NCBI RefSeq assembly: GCF_008801405.1
Contig: NZ_VZPV01000001.1
Coordinates: 2,220,115 to 2,252,114, forward strand
Direction: 5' to 3'
Source: Ralstonia insidiosa
Lineage (GTDB): Bacteria; Pseudomonadota; Gammaproteobacteria; Burkholderiales; Burkholderiaceae
Length of the DNA stretch: 32,000 bases
The notes under the pieces were generated by a model. That model did no database searches. It was not told the origin of the DNA and saw only the letters and a program-made list of their open reading frames with translations. Shown piece by piece: positions 14,818-21,944 of this stretch; within the stretch, counting starts at the first letter, position 1, and the number at the start of each line of letters is the position of its first letter. Made by a program: the position numbers and the translations under genes.

Positions 14818-16161
14818 TTACCCATGTGACCAATGCTGCGTTCCGTCGTACGCAGCACTGCGCCGGATATGCCGCGGCGGCGCGGCATCGTCCGGGATGT
14901 TCGTAATGCTCGGCGGCAGATCCACGACGCCACGACCCATCACCTGGTCATCCTGGGCGGGCCAACCCTCCGGGCCAAAGTCCTGCACACGCTCATCGCG
15001 TGCGCTGCGCAAATCAGCGCCAGACATCGCACGCACACCCTCGACCTGCTTCTCCGGCACCTTGCCGTAAATATCGATGGGCCACATCGTCACGACGATG
15101 CGCCGCTCTCCCTTCGCCAGGATGACGTGCTGGCCGTACTGCGACTCCTGCACCTTCCAACCCAGCTCCTCCACGGTCGCGGCCGACAGTCGCTCACGCA
15201 CGCGTGATGAGTCGTCATACCAAGCGACCAGCACGTCGGCCTGGCCACGAGCACGTGCCCACCCTTCCAGGCGCGGCCGGTACTTCTTCGCCAGACCAGC
15301 AATGAAATCGTCGTCCTCCGGCGCTGGCTTCGGATCCGCAGCTTTCGCGGCCGGAGCTGCGGGAACCTTCTCAGCACCGGCCACCGGCGGCGTGCTCGAG
15401 CTCGTGACACTCGTTGTGACCACGTGCTTTTCCTCCGGCTTGGACCCAACCAAACCACCGCCCTTGAACAGGTACACGAGATAGCCGATAGCACCGAACG
15501 CAACCAAGGCGAAGAGCGGGATCCACACCCGGAAGGCCTTGGTCTTGAAAATATTCGCAGCACTGTCTTCCAGCGTATCGGTGTTCGTCGTGCCGTCGGT
15601 ATGGCTCTTGTAGAGACCGAAGTACTTTTCCTCGTACTCCCCGGACCCGTCCGACACCTTCTCGAAGCGATCCCCCTTCTGCCCCTTCACCTTCTTGTAG
15701 ACGGTCCACTTGAACTCGTTCGGCTTGCCGACCACGTCCTTCTTCTGGAACACATATTTCCGGTCGATACGACGCTTCCAGATGTTGTGCACGTCGTTCA
15801 GATCCTGCCCCATCAAGATAATGTCGATGCCGTCGTGACCGTGCTGCGTCACGAACTTCGTCATCGGCTTGTCCAGCGGCTTGAAGCTCGACGGCCAGTA
15901 ATCCTGCGCCTCGTCCAACACGTAGAGCGCATCCTTCACGACGTGCTCATAGAGACGCGGCATATCCTCGTCACCGATGCACTTCACCAGCTCGCGCACG
16001 CGCTCTACATCAACGCCGGTGAGCTCGGCAGCCATCTCCATGTTGAAGCCATCGACATTGGTGACAACATGCCGCCCCTTGATGATCGCTTCGAGGATCC
16101 ACTTCACAACGGCCGTGTACGATTTACCCGCACGCGGCAGACCTTCAAAGAAATTGATCAT
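14818..16161 (-). CDS. Zot-like / pI-family phage assembly ATPase.
   Basis: Trimmed from 16296 to the ATG at 16161, 4 nt after the pVI-like stop. MINFFEGLPRAGKSY is the P-loop Walker A typical of the Zot/pI N-terminus. There is a DEAQ Walker B-like motif and a central TM segment (VWIPLFALVAFGAIGYLVYLF). Confidence 0.9.
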   Translation of the reverse strand: MINFFEGLPRAGKSYTAVVKWILEAIIKGRHVVTNVDGFNMEMAAELTGVDVERVRELVKCIGDEDMPRLYEHVVKDALYVLDEAQDYWPSSFKPLDKPMTKFVTQHGHDGIDIILMGQDLNDVHNIWKRRIDRKYVFQKKDVVGKPNEFKWTVYKKVKGQKGDRFEKVSDGSGEYEEKYFGLYKSHTDGTTNTDTLEDSAANIFKTKAFRVWIPLFALVAFGAIGYLVYLFKGGGLVGSKPEEKHVVTTSVTSSSTPPVAGAEKVPAAPAAKAADPKPAPEDDDFIAGLAKKYRPRLEGWARARGQADVLVAWYDDSSRVRERLSAATVEELGWKVQESQYGQHVILAKGERRIVVTMWPIDIYGKVPEKQVEGVRAMSGADLRSARDERVQDFGPEGWPAQDDQVMGRGVVDLPPSITNIPDDAAPPRHIRRSAAYDGTQHWSHG

Positions 16162-16165
16162 GGTG

Positions 16166-16498
16166 TCACCACTGGCCGAGCGTAAAGAGCTTGCGCACGA
16201 ACAGCCGGAACGCCACAGCACCCCCGAGCATCGCCAAGCCCTGCGGGATGTTGAAAACCGAAACGAAGTACAGGATGTCGCTGCCCATCTGACCAATCAG
16301 CGACTGCAACGAGTACTGCGTAAGGAACTGAGGCGCCGGAGCCGCAGCGATCAACGAGGCAACTGCCGACAGGAACAGATCGAAGGCGGCAATCGCAAGG
16401 TCGATGGTGATGTCCCACATCGCCTGGAACACCGCGACAAAGACTTTCCCGAACCACGCCAGGACAGAAGACAGGGCATTGATGATGGCATCAAACAT
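16166..16498 (-). CDS. pVI-like minor coat / membrane protein.
   Basis: 110 aa, strongly hydrophobic, positioned between the pIII-like and pI genes as in Ff and RSS-type phages. Confidence 0.6.
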   Translation of the reverse strand: MFDAIINALSSVLAWFGKVFVAVFQAMWDITIDLAIAAFDLFLSAVASLIAAAPAPQFLTQYSLQSLIGQMGSDILYFVSVFNIPQGLAMLGGAVAFRLFVRKLFTLGQW

Positions 16499-16510
16499 CG
16501 CTCAGCCCCC

Positions 16511-18082
16511 TCACAGAAAGGCAATCGCAAACGCGGCAAAGGCAGCGGCCGCGAGCACCGCATACCCGGCAATCTGATACGCCAATGAAGCTGACGAGCT
16601 GCAGAAGATCGGCCCCAACGCAATCGACGGTGTCCAATCCGTCTGAGGCACGACCCACTGCGGACAAGTACCAGACGCATTCACGGTAAAAAAGCCCTGC
16701 ACACCTGCCCCAATGGCAGAAGCCTTCACGGTGTTAGCAAAAGCGTTGAGCACATCTCCAAACGTCTTCGTCTTCTTGTCGTACAGCTTGATGTCCGGAC
16801 TCACGAGCGTAGCCGTCGTCGGTTGCGGCTTGTCCTGCTGATTCGCCGGGTTGCCACCAGTTGCGGGCGGCGCTTGATCGGTCGTCGTCGTCGTCGTGGT
16901 GGTCGTGCTGCCGTCCGGATTCGTGACCGTTGTCGACGTCGATGTTGTTATCGTGGTCTGCCCCTCAACAGGGTTAGTCCGATCGTTGGTGCCCGTCACC
17001 GTGGTGGTCTTGGTCGTGGTGTTCGTCGTCGTCGTCTTGCTGCCATCGGCGTTGACCTTAGTAGACGAATCCGTCGAGGGCGCCGTCGTCACAGTTGCGG
17101 ACGGGCACGACGTGCTATTCACCGCGCAACCGTTGTTCGTCCAGCTAGAACCGCCAGTAGAAAACGACACGCCGAAGCCAGTGCGCGAATCGCTATACAG
17201 GCCATAACACGGGTCAGAGGTAGACCCATCGGTGAGAGCCAGCGTCGGCCCACAGTTCATATCGTTGTAGATCGACGGCCACGAGTCAGGATGCGCCTTG
17301 ATGGCACCCTGAATCTGCGCATCAGTAGCAGCCTGCTTCGGCGCAGACGGATCAGGAGAACACGCAGACCCACTATTCACATAACCAGTGGCGCAGGCGC
17401 CCGTTTGGTTCGCCCTGCTATACGGATAAAAATCCAAATCGCTCTTTAGAATTTTTGCAGTGCCGGTGTACGTACCATCACCATTGGCAACCACACCACC
17501 GTACTGATACCAAGTACTCGGCATGCTCGCCCTGCACGCAGCATCCGGACTATCGCCATACCCGCTGCCGCCACCAGCGCTGCCCCAATTGCAAAACCAC
17601 TGATGCCCGTTAAACCCTACGTCACCCGCGCTGGCAGACAACGCAGGCGCAACTACCTGCCCGTTGCTATCAAGCGAAACATCACCACCAAGGCGATTCA
17701 TCAACGTCACCAAAGCAACGCCGCCGATGATGCCCCCACGAATGGCCGTCATGCCAACCGAAGCCATCACATCACCCGCCACCGCAGCAGTGCCCACGGC
17801 AGGAATGGCGACAGCAGCAACGCCCACAGCCGCAACACCAACGGTGATCGGTATCAGCACGTTCATCACGTTGTTGGACGGCGGTTGCGGCACACCATTA
17901 CCGCTCTGTCTCGCTGACACATCGACGCCCACACTATTGCCCTGAATGCACATCTGCCCGGGCATCGTGCACCCACCGTAACCCACTGCCGCGCGCGCCG
18001 AACCAGCCATCAATACGCCAGCGATCAGAAACACGCACGCCAAGTCGAGCAAAAACTCCGCAAACCTCAGACGCTTGTCCAT
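16511..18082 (-). CDS. pIII-like minor coat / host-adsorption protein.
   Basis: 523 aa with a signal peptide (...MAGSARA), Cys-containing N-terminal domains, Thr/Gly-rich linkers (TTTTNTTTKTTTVTGT; STTTTTTTTTDQ) and a C-terminal membrane anchor (YAVLAAAAFAAFAIAFL). It sits after the coat gene. Confidence 0.7.
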   Translation of the reverse strand: MDKRLRFAEFLLDLACVFLIAGVLMAGSARAAVGYGGCTMPGQMCIQGNSVGVDVSARQSGNGVPQPPSNNVMNVLIPITVGVAAVGVAAVAIPAVGTAAVAGDVMASVGMTAIRGGIIGGVALVTLMNRLGGDVSLDSNGQVVAPALSASAGDVGFNGHQWFCNWGSAGGGSGYGDSPDAACRASMPSTWYQYGGVVANGDGTYTGTAKILKSDLDFYPYSRANQTGACATGYVNSGSACSPDPSAPKQAATDAQIQGAIKAHPDSWPSIYNDMNCGPTLALTDGSTSDPCYGLYSDSRTGFGVSFSTGGSSWTNNGCAVNSTSCPSATVTTAPSTDSSTKVNADGSKTTTTNTTTKTTTVTGTNDRTNPVEGQTTITTSTSTTVTNPDGSTTTTTTTTTDQAPPATGGNPANQQDKPQPTTATLVSPDIKLYDKKTKTFGDVLNAFANTVKASAIGAGVQGFFTVNASGTCPQWVVPQTDWTPSIALGPIFCSSSASLAYQIAGYAVLAAAAFAAFAIAFL

Positions 18083-18085
18083 CGC

Positions 18086-18163
18086 TCAGCCCTCACTCAA
18101 CCCACGAACAGCAGCAACACCGCACGCAGCGCCCAACAGGAAATACGCCAGCAACCAGAACAT
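18086..18163 (-). CDS. Possible 25-aa hydrophobic peptide (pVII/pIX-like minor coat candidate), below the ORF-track size cutoff.
   Basis: My translation is MFWLLAYFLLGAACGVAAVRGLSEG. AGGGGG lies 4 nt upstream of the ATG, and the stop is 3 nt before the pIII-like ATG. Confidence 0.35.
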   Translation of the reverse strand: MFWLLAYFLLGAACGVAAVRGLSEG

Positions 18164-18232
18164 GGGACCCCCTAAACCGTTAACCAAAAACGGCCCGCAC
18201 AAGGCGAGCCGTCCGCACTGCAATGCGACCAA

Positions 18233-18454
18233 TCAGCGGAAGAAGCCGACCAGCTTGTTGACGGCCCACTTCGTCACGTTCGGCACGATCTTCACCGCAC
18301 CCATCGAAACGATCCCGGCACTCACAGTACCGATGGCCACCGCCGAAATGATGCTCGACAGGTCCGGACCAGTTGCCTGCGCCATCGCTGCACCAGCCGC
18401 ACCAACCGTCAACGTGAGACCCACTGCGATCTTGTTGCCCAAATTGCCCTTCAT
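18233..18454 (-). CDS. Major coat protein (pVIII-like) precursor.
   Basis: 73 aa with a signal peptide ending AMA-QA. The mature protein is about 48 aa, with an acidic/neutral N-terminus, a hydrophobic core and a basic C-terminus (KWAVNKLVGFFR). Confidence 0.75.
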   Translation of the reverse strand: MKGNLGNKIAVGLTLTVGAAGAAMAQATGPDLSSIISAVAIGTVSAGIVSMGAVKIVPNVTKWAVNKLVGFFR

Positions 18455-18463
18455 GATTGACTC

Positions 18464-18712
18464 CTAGTCATTGAACATGGCGACCAAACGACCGATTGCG
18501 TAGCCCACCAAGTAGGACGCCGCCACCAGCCCAAATGCCGTCACAAACACTGTCGCCAAATCTGCCTGCGACGGAACCTGCATCCACGTGTAGAACGTGG
18601 TCGCGTTCTGGAACTCCCCAGGCGTCAGCATCAGGTACCCCTGACACGCCTGCGGCGCATCGTTGGTCACCGTCAACGCGCCGCCGTCGGCGACCAGAAC
18701 GCACTGAGCCAT
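18464..18712 (-). CDS. Small phage membrane protein (82 aa).
   Basis: C-terminal TM (VFVTAFGLVAASYLVGYAIGRLV). Tightly packed between the ssDNA-binding and coat genes; its start overlaps the upstream stop. Confidence 0.5.
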   Translation of the reverse strand: MAQCVLVADGGALTVTNDAPQACQGYLMLTPGEFQNATTFYTWMQVPSQADLATVFVTAFGLVAASYLVGYAIGRLVAMFND

Positions 18713-19038
18713 TACGCTTCCACCACGTCGAGCACGTGATCGACCGGCACGATGGTTTCCACCTCGCCTGTGTCCTTGTTCTTAAACTGATACGGCTTGC
18801 GCTGATAACCGCCCAGGCTGCACAACACCGTCACTTCGTCGCCCTTCTCACCGAGCTTCTGTTTGGCGCGCACCTCAACCACCTGCGGACGGCTGTAAGC
18901 GTCCGGCGCGGGCGTGATGATTCGCGTGTACCGCGTGCCATCGAACGAACGCATCTGCTCAATGCGGCCACGAACCATCACCTGCATGGGCTTAATGGAA
19001 GCGGGCTTCTGTGCACCCGGTGTGTTTTCCTGAGACAT
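18712..19038 (-). CDS. Probable ssDNA-binding protein (pV-like), called by position and size.
   Basis: 108 aa, immediately downstream of the Rep gene as in inoviruses. Basic, beta-rich-looking sequence. No motif-level proof. Confidence 0.5.
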   Translation of the reverse strand: MSQENTPGAQKPASIKPMQVMVRGRIEQMRSFDGTRYTRIITPAPDAYSRPQVVEVRAKQKLGEKGDEVTVLCSLGGYQRKPYQFKNKDTGEVETIVPVDHVLDVVEA

Positions 19039-19047
19039 GACTGCTCC

Positions 19048-20238
19048 TTACGCGGCAAGCCGCAACGTTTCCCGGCTCACTTGCAATTCCTCGCGGTTGC
19101 GCGCCGGGAGATGGCACAGCCGTGGGTCCGTCCGTACCGGACTGAAATCGTGGGGAAGTACGCCGCCGTTGGCGACGACCACCACATCGGTGCCGCGCCA
19201 GGACACGCCGGCATCCTCAAGCTGCTTGCGGTTCCGGTAGAACACCGTCCTAGCGAAATGCTCACGCGTTACCTCGTCACCCAGCGTGCACAGCGAAGAC
19301 CAGAAGCCATACAGCCGAGTACCAGTCGAATCGCCATACACACCCTTGAGGCGGTGAAGCACCGCCCTGCTCTCTCTCACCGTCGTCATCGCTTGCTTCC
19401 CCTCGCGCAGGAGCTTCTCGATCTCGGTGTCAAAGACGCCCTCCAGATACGCGTCCGTCACCTCATCCACTCGCGGATGCTTCCCAAAGTCGTACTGGAG
19501 CTTGTCGCTATGCACTTCCACCTCGGCGCGCAGGCGGTTCTCCGCCAGGCGCAGGAGCGCTGCAACCTTGCGCTCGGCCAGCACACGGCTACGTTCCTCG
19601 TCGTGCCCGTGACGATGCTTGAACACCTGCGAGAAAAAGCCCCGCAGGCGGCCACGGTCATGCACCTGGAACTCGGTGCCCTTGTGATAGAACTTGACCG
19701 TAGTGGTCTTGCCCGCGAAGTACACCGCCATGGAGTACTTCGCTGCGCCCTTCTGCCGGCGCGGAAAGCTGATGAGCTGCAGGCCGTCGAAGAACTCCTT
19801 GCACGCAGCCTTCGAGAGCCGATAGACCGATGCCACGTCAACGCGATGCACGGTCCACCAGTCGGCCACCGGCAAATCGGTCTGCAACAGATCCTCGACC
19901 AGAGCGACGAAGTCGCGGCACGCCTGCAAGAAATTCGCGGGCCCACCGTAGACGTTGTGGCCGTGCTTGATCTTGTGCACCGACGCTTCGATGAGGATGT
20001 ACGGGTCACACGGCACCAGCTCGGGACGGCCGTTCTTATTGACTACCCACTCCTCGTTCTTCGGGATCACCGAGATGCGTGAATCCCAGGAGCCGAGCAG
20101 CTCGCCCGTGAACAGCTCATAGAGGATTTCGCCGCTGGCGCAGTCCAAGCCAGAACGCAACAGGCACTGCCGTTTGATGCGCTCAACCACGGCGTTGCCA
20201 AGGTACGGAGAGCGCAACCGGACGGTGTCGTAGGCCAT
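19048..20238 (-). CDS. Rolling-circle replication initiation protein (pII / phage CRI family).
   Basis: 396 aa. Its position at the head of the structural module, and regions such as YILIEASVHKIKHGHNVYGG, are consistent with filamentous-phage Rep proteins. The start overlaps the upstream stop (ATGA). Confidence 0.75.
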   Translation of the reverse strand: MAYDTVRLRSPYLGNAVVERIKRQCLLRSGLDCASGEILYELFTGELLGSWDSRISVIPKNEEWVVNKNGRPELVPCDPYILIEASVHKIKHGHNVYGGPANFLQACRDFVALVEDLLQTDLPVADWWTVHRVDVASVYRLSKAACKEFFDGLQLISFPRRQKGAAKYSMAVYFAGKTTTVKFYHKGTEFQVHDRGRLRGFFSQVFKHRHGHDEERSRVLAERKVAALLRLAENRLRAEVEVHSDKLQYDFGKHPRVDEVTDAYLEGVFDTEIEKLLREGKQAMTTVRESRAVLHRLKGVYGDSTGTRLYGFWSSLCTLGDEVTREHFARTVFYRNRKQLEDAGVSWRGTDVVVVANGGVLPHDFSPVRTDPRLCHLPARNREELQVSRETLRLAA

Positions 20239-20630
20239 CAGAACCCCTCGCCAGAATCCGAGGAATTCCCGAAATCGGGACTGTCAGGCGGTGCTACCAC
20301 GCCCGCCTGACAAAAAGCAGCCTCGCTGCGCGAGGCCAAAAACTCGGCTTCCGCAGCGTCAGAAAGTGCTGCATTCACGTCATCAAGGGACAGAGAACCA
20401 CGACGAGCGGCCACACGGCCGCCCGATGCGTTGCGATAGGCTTGCTCCGACGCACGCGCACGGCGCGCGGCCGCTTTCTGCTCGAGCAACTCACGCAGCC
20501 AGACTGGCATCGTCTGACCTGCAGCCGCTGACGCAACCGGAATGACACGCCCAGCGCGGCGGGCCGCGCCCTCCGGGGCGGCGCCGGCGCGCAGGGCGGC
20601 AGAACTCGACTGAGATTGGCCGCCCTTCAT
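20238..20630 (-). CDS. Hypothetical phage protein (130 aa, Ala/Arg-rich).
   Basis: Translationally coupled at both ends (ATGA overlaps) within the phage early operon. Confidence 0.45.
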   Translation of the reverse strand: MKGGQSQSSSAALRAGAAPEGAARRAGRVIPVASAAAGQTMPVWLRELLEQKAAARRARASEQAYRNASGGRVAARRGSLSLDDVNAALSDAAEAEFLASRSEAAFCQAGVVAPPDSPDFGNSSDSGEGF

Positions 20631-21037
20631 TGCCCGTTCTCCAAACGCGAGTCCTGCATGCGGCGAAAAACGTCCGCGAGCAGATCCTTGTCGGTCGGCT
20701 GGCCCTCTTCGTCCAGTTCGCCGCCCTCGTCCAGGTAGTCTTCAATCGCTTCCTGCAGATCGACCTCATACGCATCAGCCATCGCTGCATTGGCCTCATC
20801 CAGCTCGGCGCGCAGATAGTCGACTCGCTCGCGCAGCGCCTCGGCAACAGCGCACAAATGGTTGTAGCGCGCCATGACCTCGTCGCGCTCCTCTTCCGTC
20901 CAGGCACCGATGCGCAACCCGTCGTTCGCCTCAAGGCCCTCTTCAAAGGCCTCATTGATCAGGTCAGCAAATTCCTCGAGCTTGTCCTCGCCAGCAGCGA
21001 TGATCTCTTCCAGCTCGCGCAGGTTGTAGTCGCTCAT
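20627..21037 (-). CDS. Hypothetical highly acidic phage protein (136 aa).
   Basis: Glu/Asp-rich helical sequence in an operon context. I recognise no family. Confidence 0.5.
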   Translation of the reverse strand: MSDYNLRELEEIIAAGEDKLEEFADLINEAFEEGLEANDGLRIGAWTEEERDEVMARYNHLCAVAEALRERVDYLRAELDEANAAMADAYEVDLQEAIEDYLDEGGELDEEGQPTDKDLLADVFRRMQDSRLENGQ

Positions 21038-21393
21038 CGGGCACCCCGCTGTGCAGCGCGGTACTTACTCGCAAAGCGCTCCAGCTCGAGACGGCGAGCA
21101 ACACGAGGAGAAACGTACGCGACGAGCTGGAAAGCGTCTGACACAACAGCACGCACCGCGCGCACGGGCAAAGAGACAATGACCAGCAACAGCACGGCGT
21201 ACACACACGACACCATGCGCACCCACCACAAGAAAGTGATGACGGCAGTGACGCCGCTGAAATCGATGTAGGCGAGTAGCCAGATCGCGTCGCGCGCGGG
21301 GCTGATTGAAGCGGCGAGCAGCGAAAGCGCCGTCGCGCAGAGGAAAAGAGGGATGCGACTACGGACGAAACCGTCCACCAGCTGGCTTTCCAT
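21034..21393 (-). CDS. Hypothetical phage membrane protein (119 aa, 2-3 TM).
   Basis: AGGGGG RBS. Hydrophobic segments IPLFLCATALSLLAASI and VTAVITFLWWVRMVSCVYAVLLLVIV. First gene transcribed leftward from the operator region. Confidence 0.5.
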   Translation of the reverse strand: MESQLVDGFVRSRIPLFLCATALSLLAASISPARDAIWLLAYIDFSGVTAVITFLWWVRMVSCVYAVLLLVIVSLPVRAVRAVVSDAFQLVAYVSPRVARRLELERFASKYRAAQRGAR

Positions 21394-21435
21394 CGTTTAC
21401 CCCCTGCCCGGTTAACCGGTTATATTTCGCTTGAA

Positions 21436-21484
21436 ATCTCAGGCGAGATTCATCTCGGGTGAGATTAAATATCTCGGGTGAGAT
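21436..21484. promoter_or_regulatory. Three tandem palindromic operators ATCTC-N4-GAGAT in the divergent control region of the prophage.
   Basis: ATCTCAGGCGAGAT (21436-21449), ATCTCGGGTGAGAT (21452-21465) and ATCTCGGGTGAGAT (21471-21484). Centre-to-centre spacing is 16 and 19 bp. They lie between the leftward early operon and the rightward repressor gene. A 12-bp palindrome CCGGTTAACCGG sits nearby at 21408-21419. Confidence 0.65.
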
Positions 21485-21510
21485 GTTGTCAAGGCAGATG
21501 GAGGCAACAG

Positions 21511-21906
21511 ATGAAAAGCACGAAGTACCTGGACGCCGTCAAGCAGGCACACCAGCTCAAGAACGACACGGCCCTAGCAGACCTGCTGGGCGTAGGTCAG
21601 AACACCGTTAGCCAATGGCGTAACGGAAAACGATTCATGGATAACGAAATGTGCCTGAAGCTCGCACAGGCCCTGGACATGCAGGACCCCATGCCGATCA
21701 TCATGGCCGCGGATATGGACCGAGCTGAGCGCGCTGGTCAGCGGTCGCTATGGGAAGTTTTTTCACCGAGGATGGCGCATAGCGGCCTGGTCGCCCTCCT
21801 CGTCGCGCTGCTGGCCAGTGTCACAAATTTTGCGACACCCTCACCCGCCGAAGCCGCGCCGTTGAGCCATTCGTCGGCCCCTAACACTTTGCATTATGTT
21901 AAATAA
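21511..21906 (+). CDS. Phage repressor-like HTH (XRE/Cro-CI type) protein with a C-terminal hydrophobic segment. Its 3' end lies in the dif-like attR.
   Basis: ATG at 21511 with GGAGG 6 nt upstream (the track start is 21478). The HTH is DTALADLLGVGQNTVSQWRNGKRFM. The final codons L-H-Y-V-K-stop are encoded by the dif-like repeat, and the TAA straddles the repeat/chromosome junction. Confidence 0.8.
   Translation: MKSTKYLDAVKQAHQLKNDTALADLLGVGQNTVSQWRNGKRFMDNEMCLKLAQALDMQDPMPIIMAADMDRAERAGQRSLWEVFSPRMAHSGLVALLVALLASVTNFATPSPAEAAPLSHSSAPNTLHYVK
21877..21904 (+). repeat. dif-like site, prophage attR (GCCCCTAACAC-TTTGCA-TTATGTTAAAT).
   Basis: The central region and XerD arm are identical to attL. 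The XerC-arm position is phage-derived and unlike dif consensus. Confidence 0.7.
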
Positions 21907-21944
21907 AATACGGACCAGCATCGCCGATCCCAACCCGTTCTTGA

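Larger units (their letters stand above)
12687..21904 (-). mobile_element. Integrated filamentous phage (Inoviridae, RSS/CTX-like XerCD-dif integrating type). Unit length is 9,201 bp between repeat copies.
   Basis: Canonical inovirus module on the minus strand: Rep (pII-like), ssDNA-binding, small membrane protein, major coat, pIII-like, pVI-like, Zot/pI. It also has a divergent repressor and flanking 17-bp dif-like direct repeats. There is no secretin (pIV) gene and no integrase inside the repeats. Confidence 0.85.

Noticed and set aside
15424-16185. 253-aa plus-strand ORF.
   Set aside because: It is antisense to the well-supported zot/pI gene, has no recognisable domains, and its composition is typical of a reverse-frame artefact.
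18496-20082. 528-aa plus-strand ORF, the longest unexplained ORF in the track.
   Set aside because: It lies entirely antisense to the Rep, ssDNA-binding and small membrane protein genes. It is Arg/His/Leu-rich with low complexity and no motifs. This is a typical shadow ORF of high-GC coding DNA.
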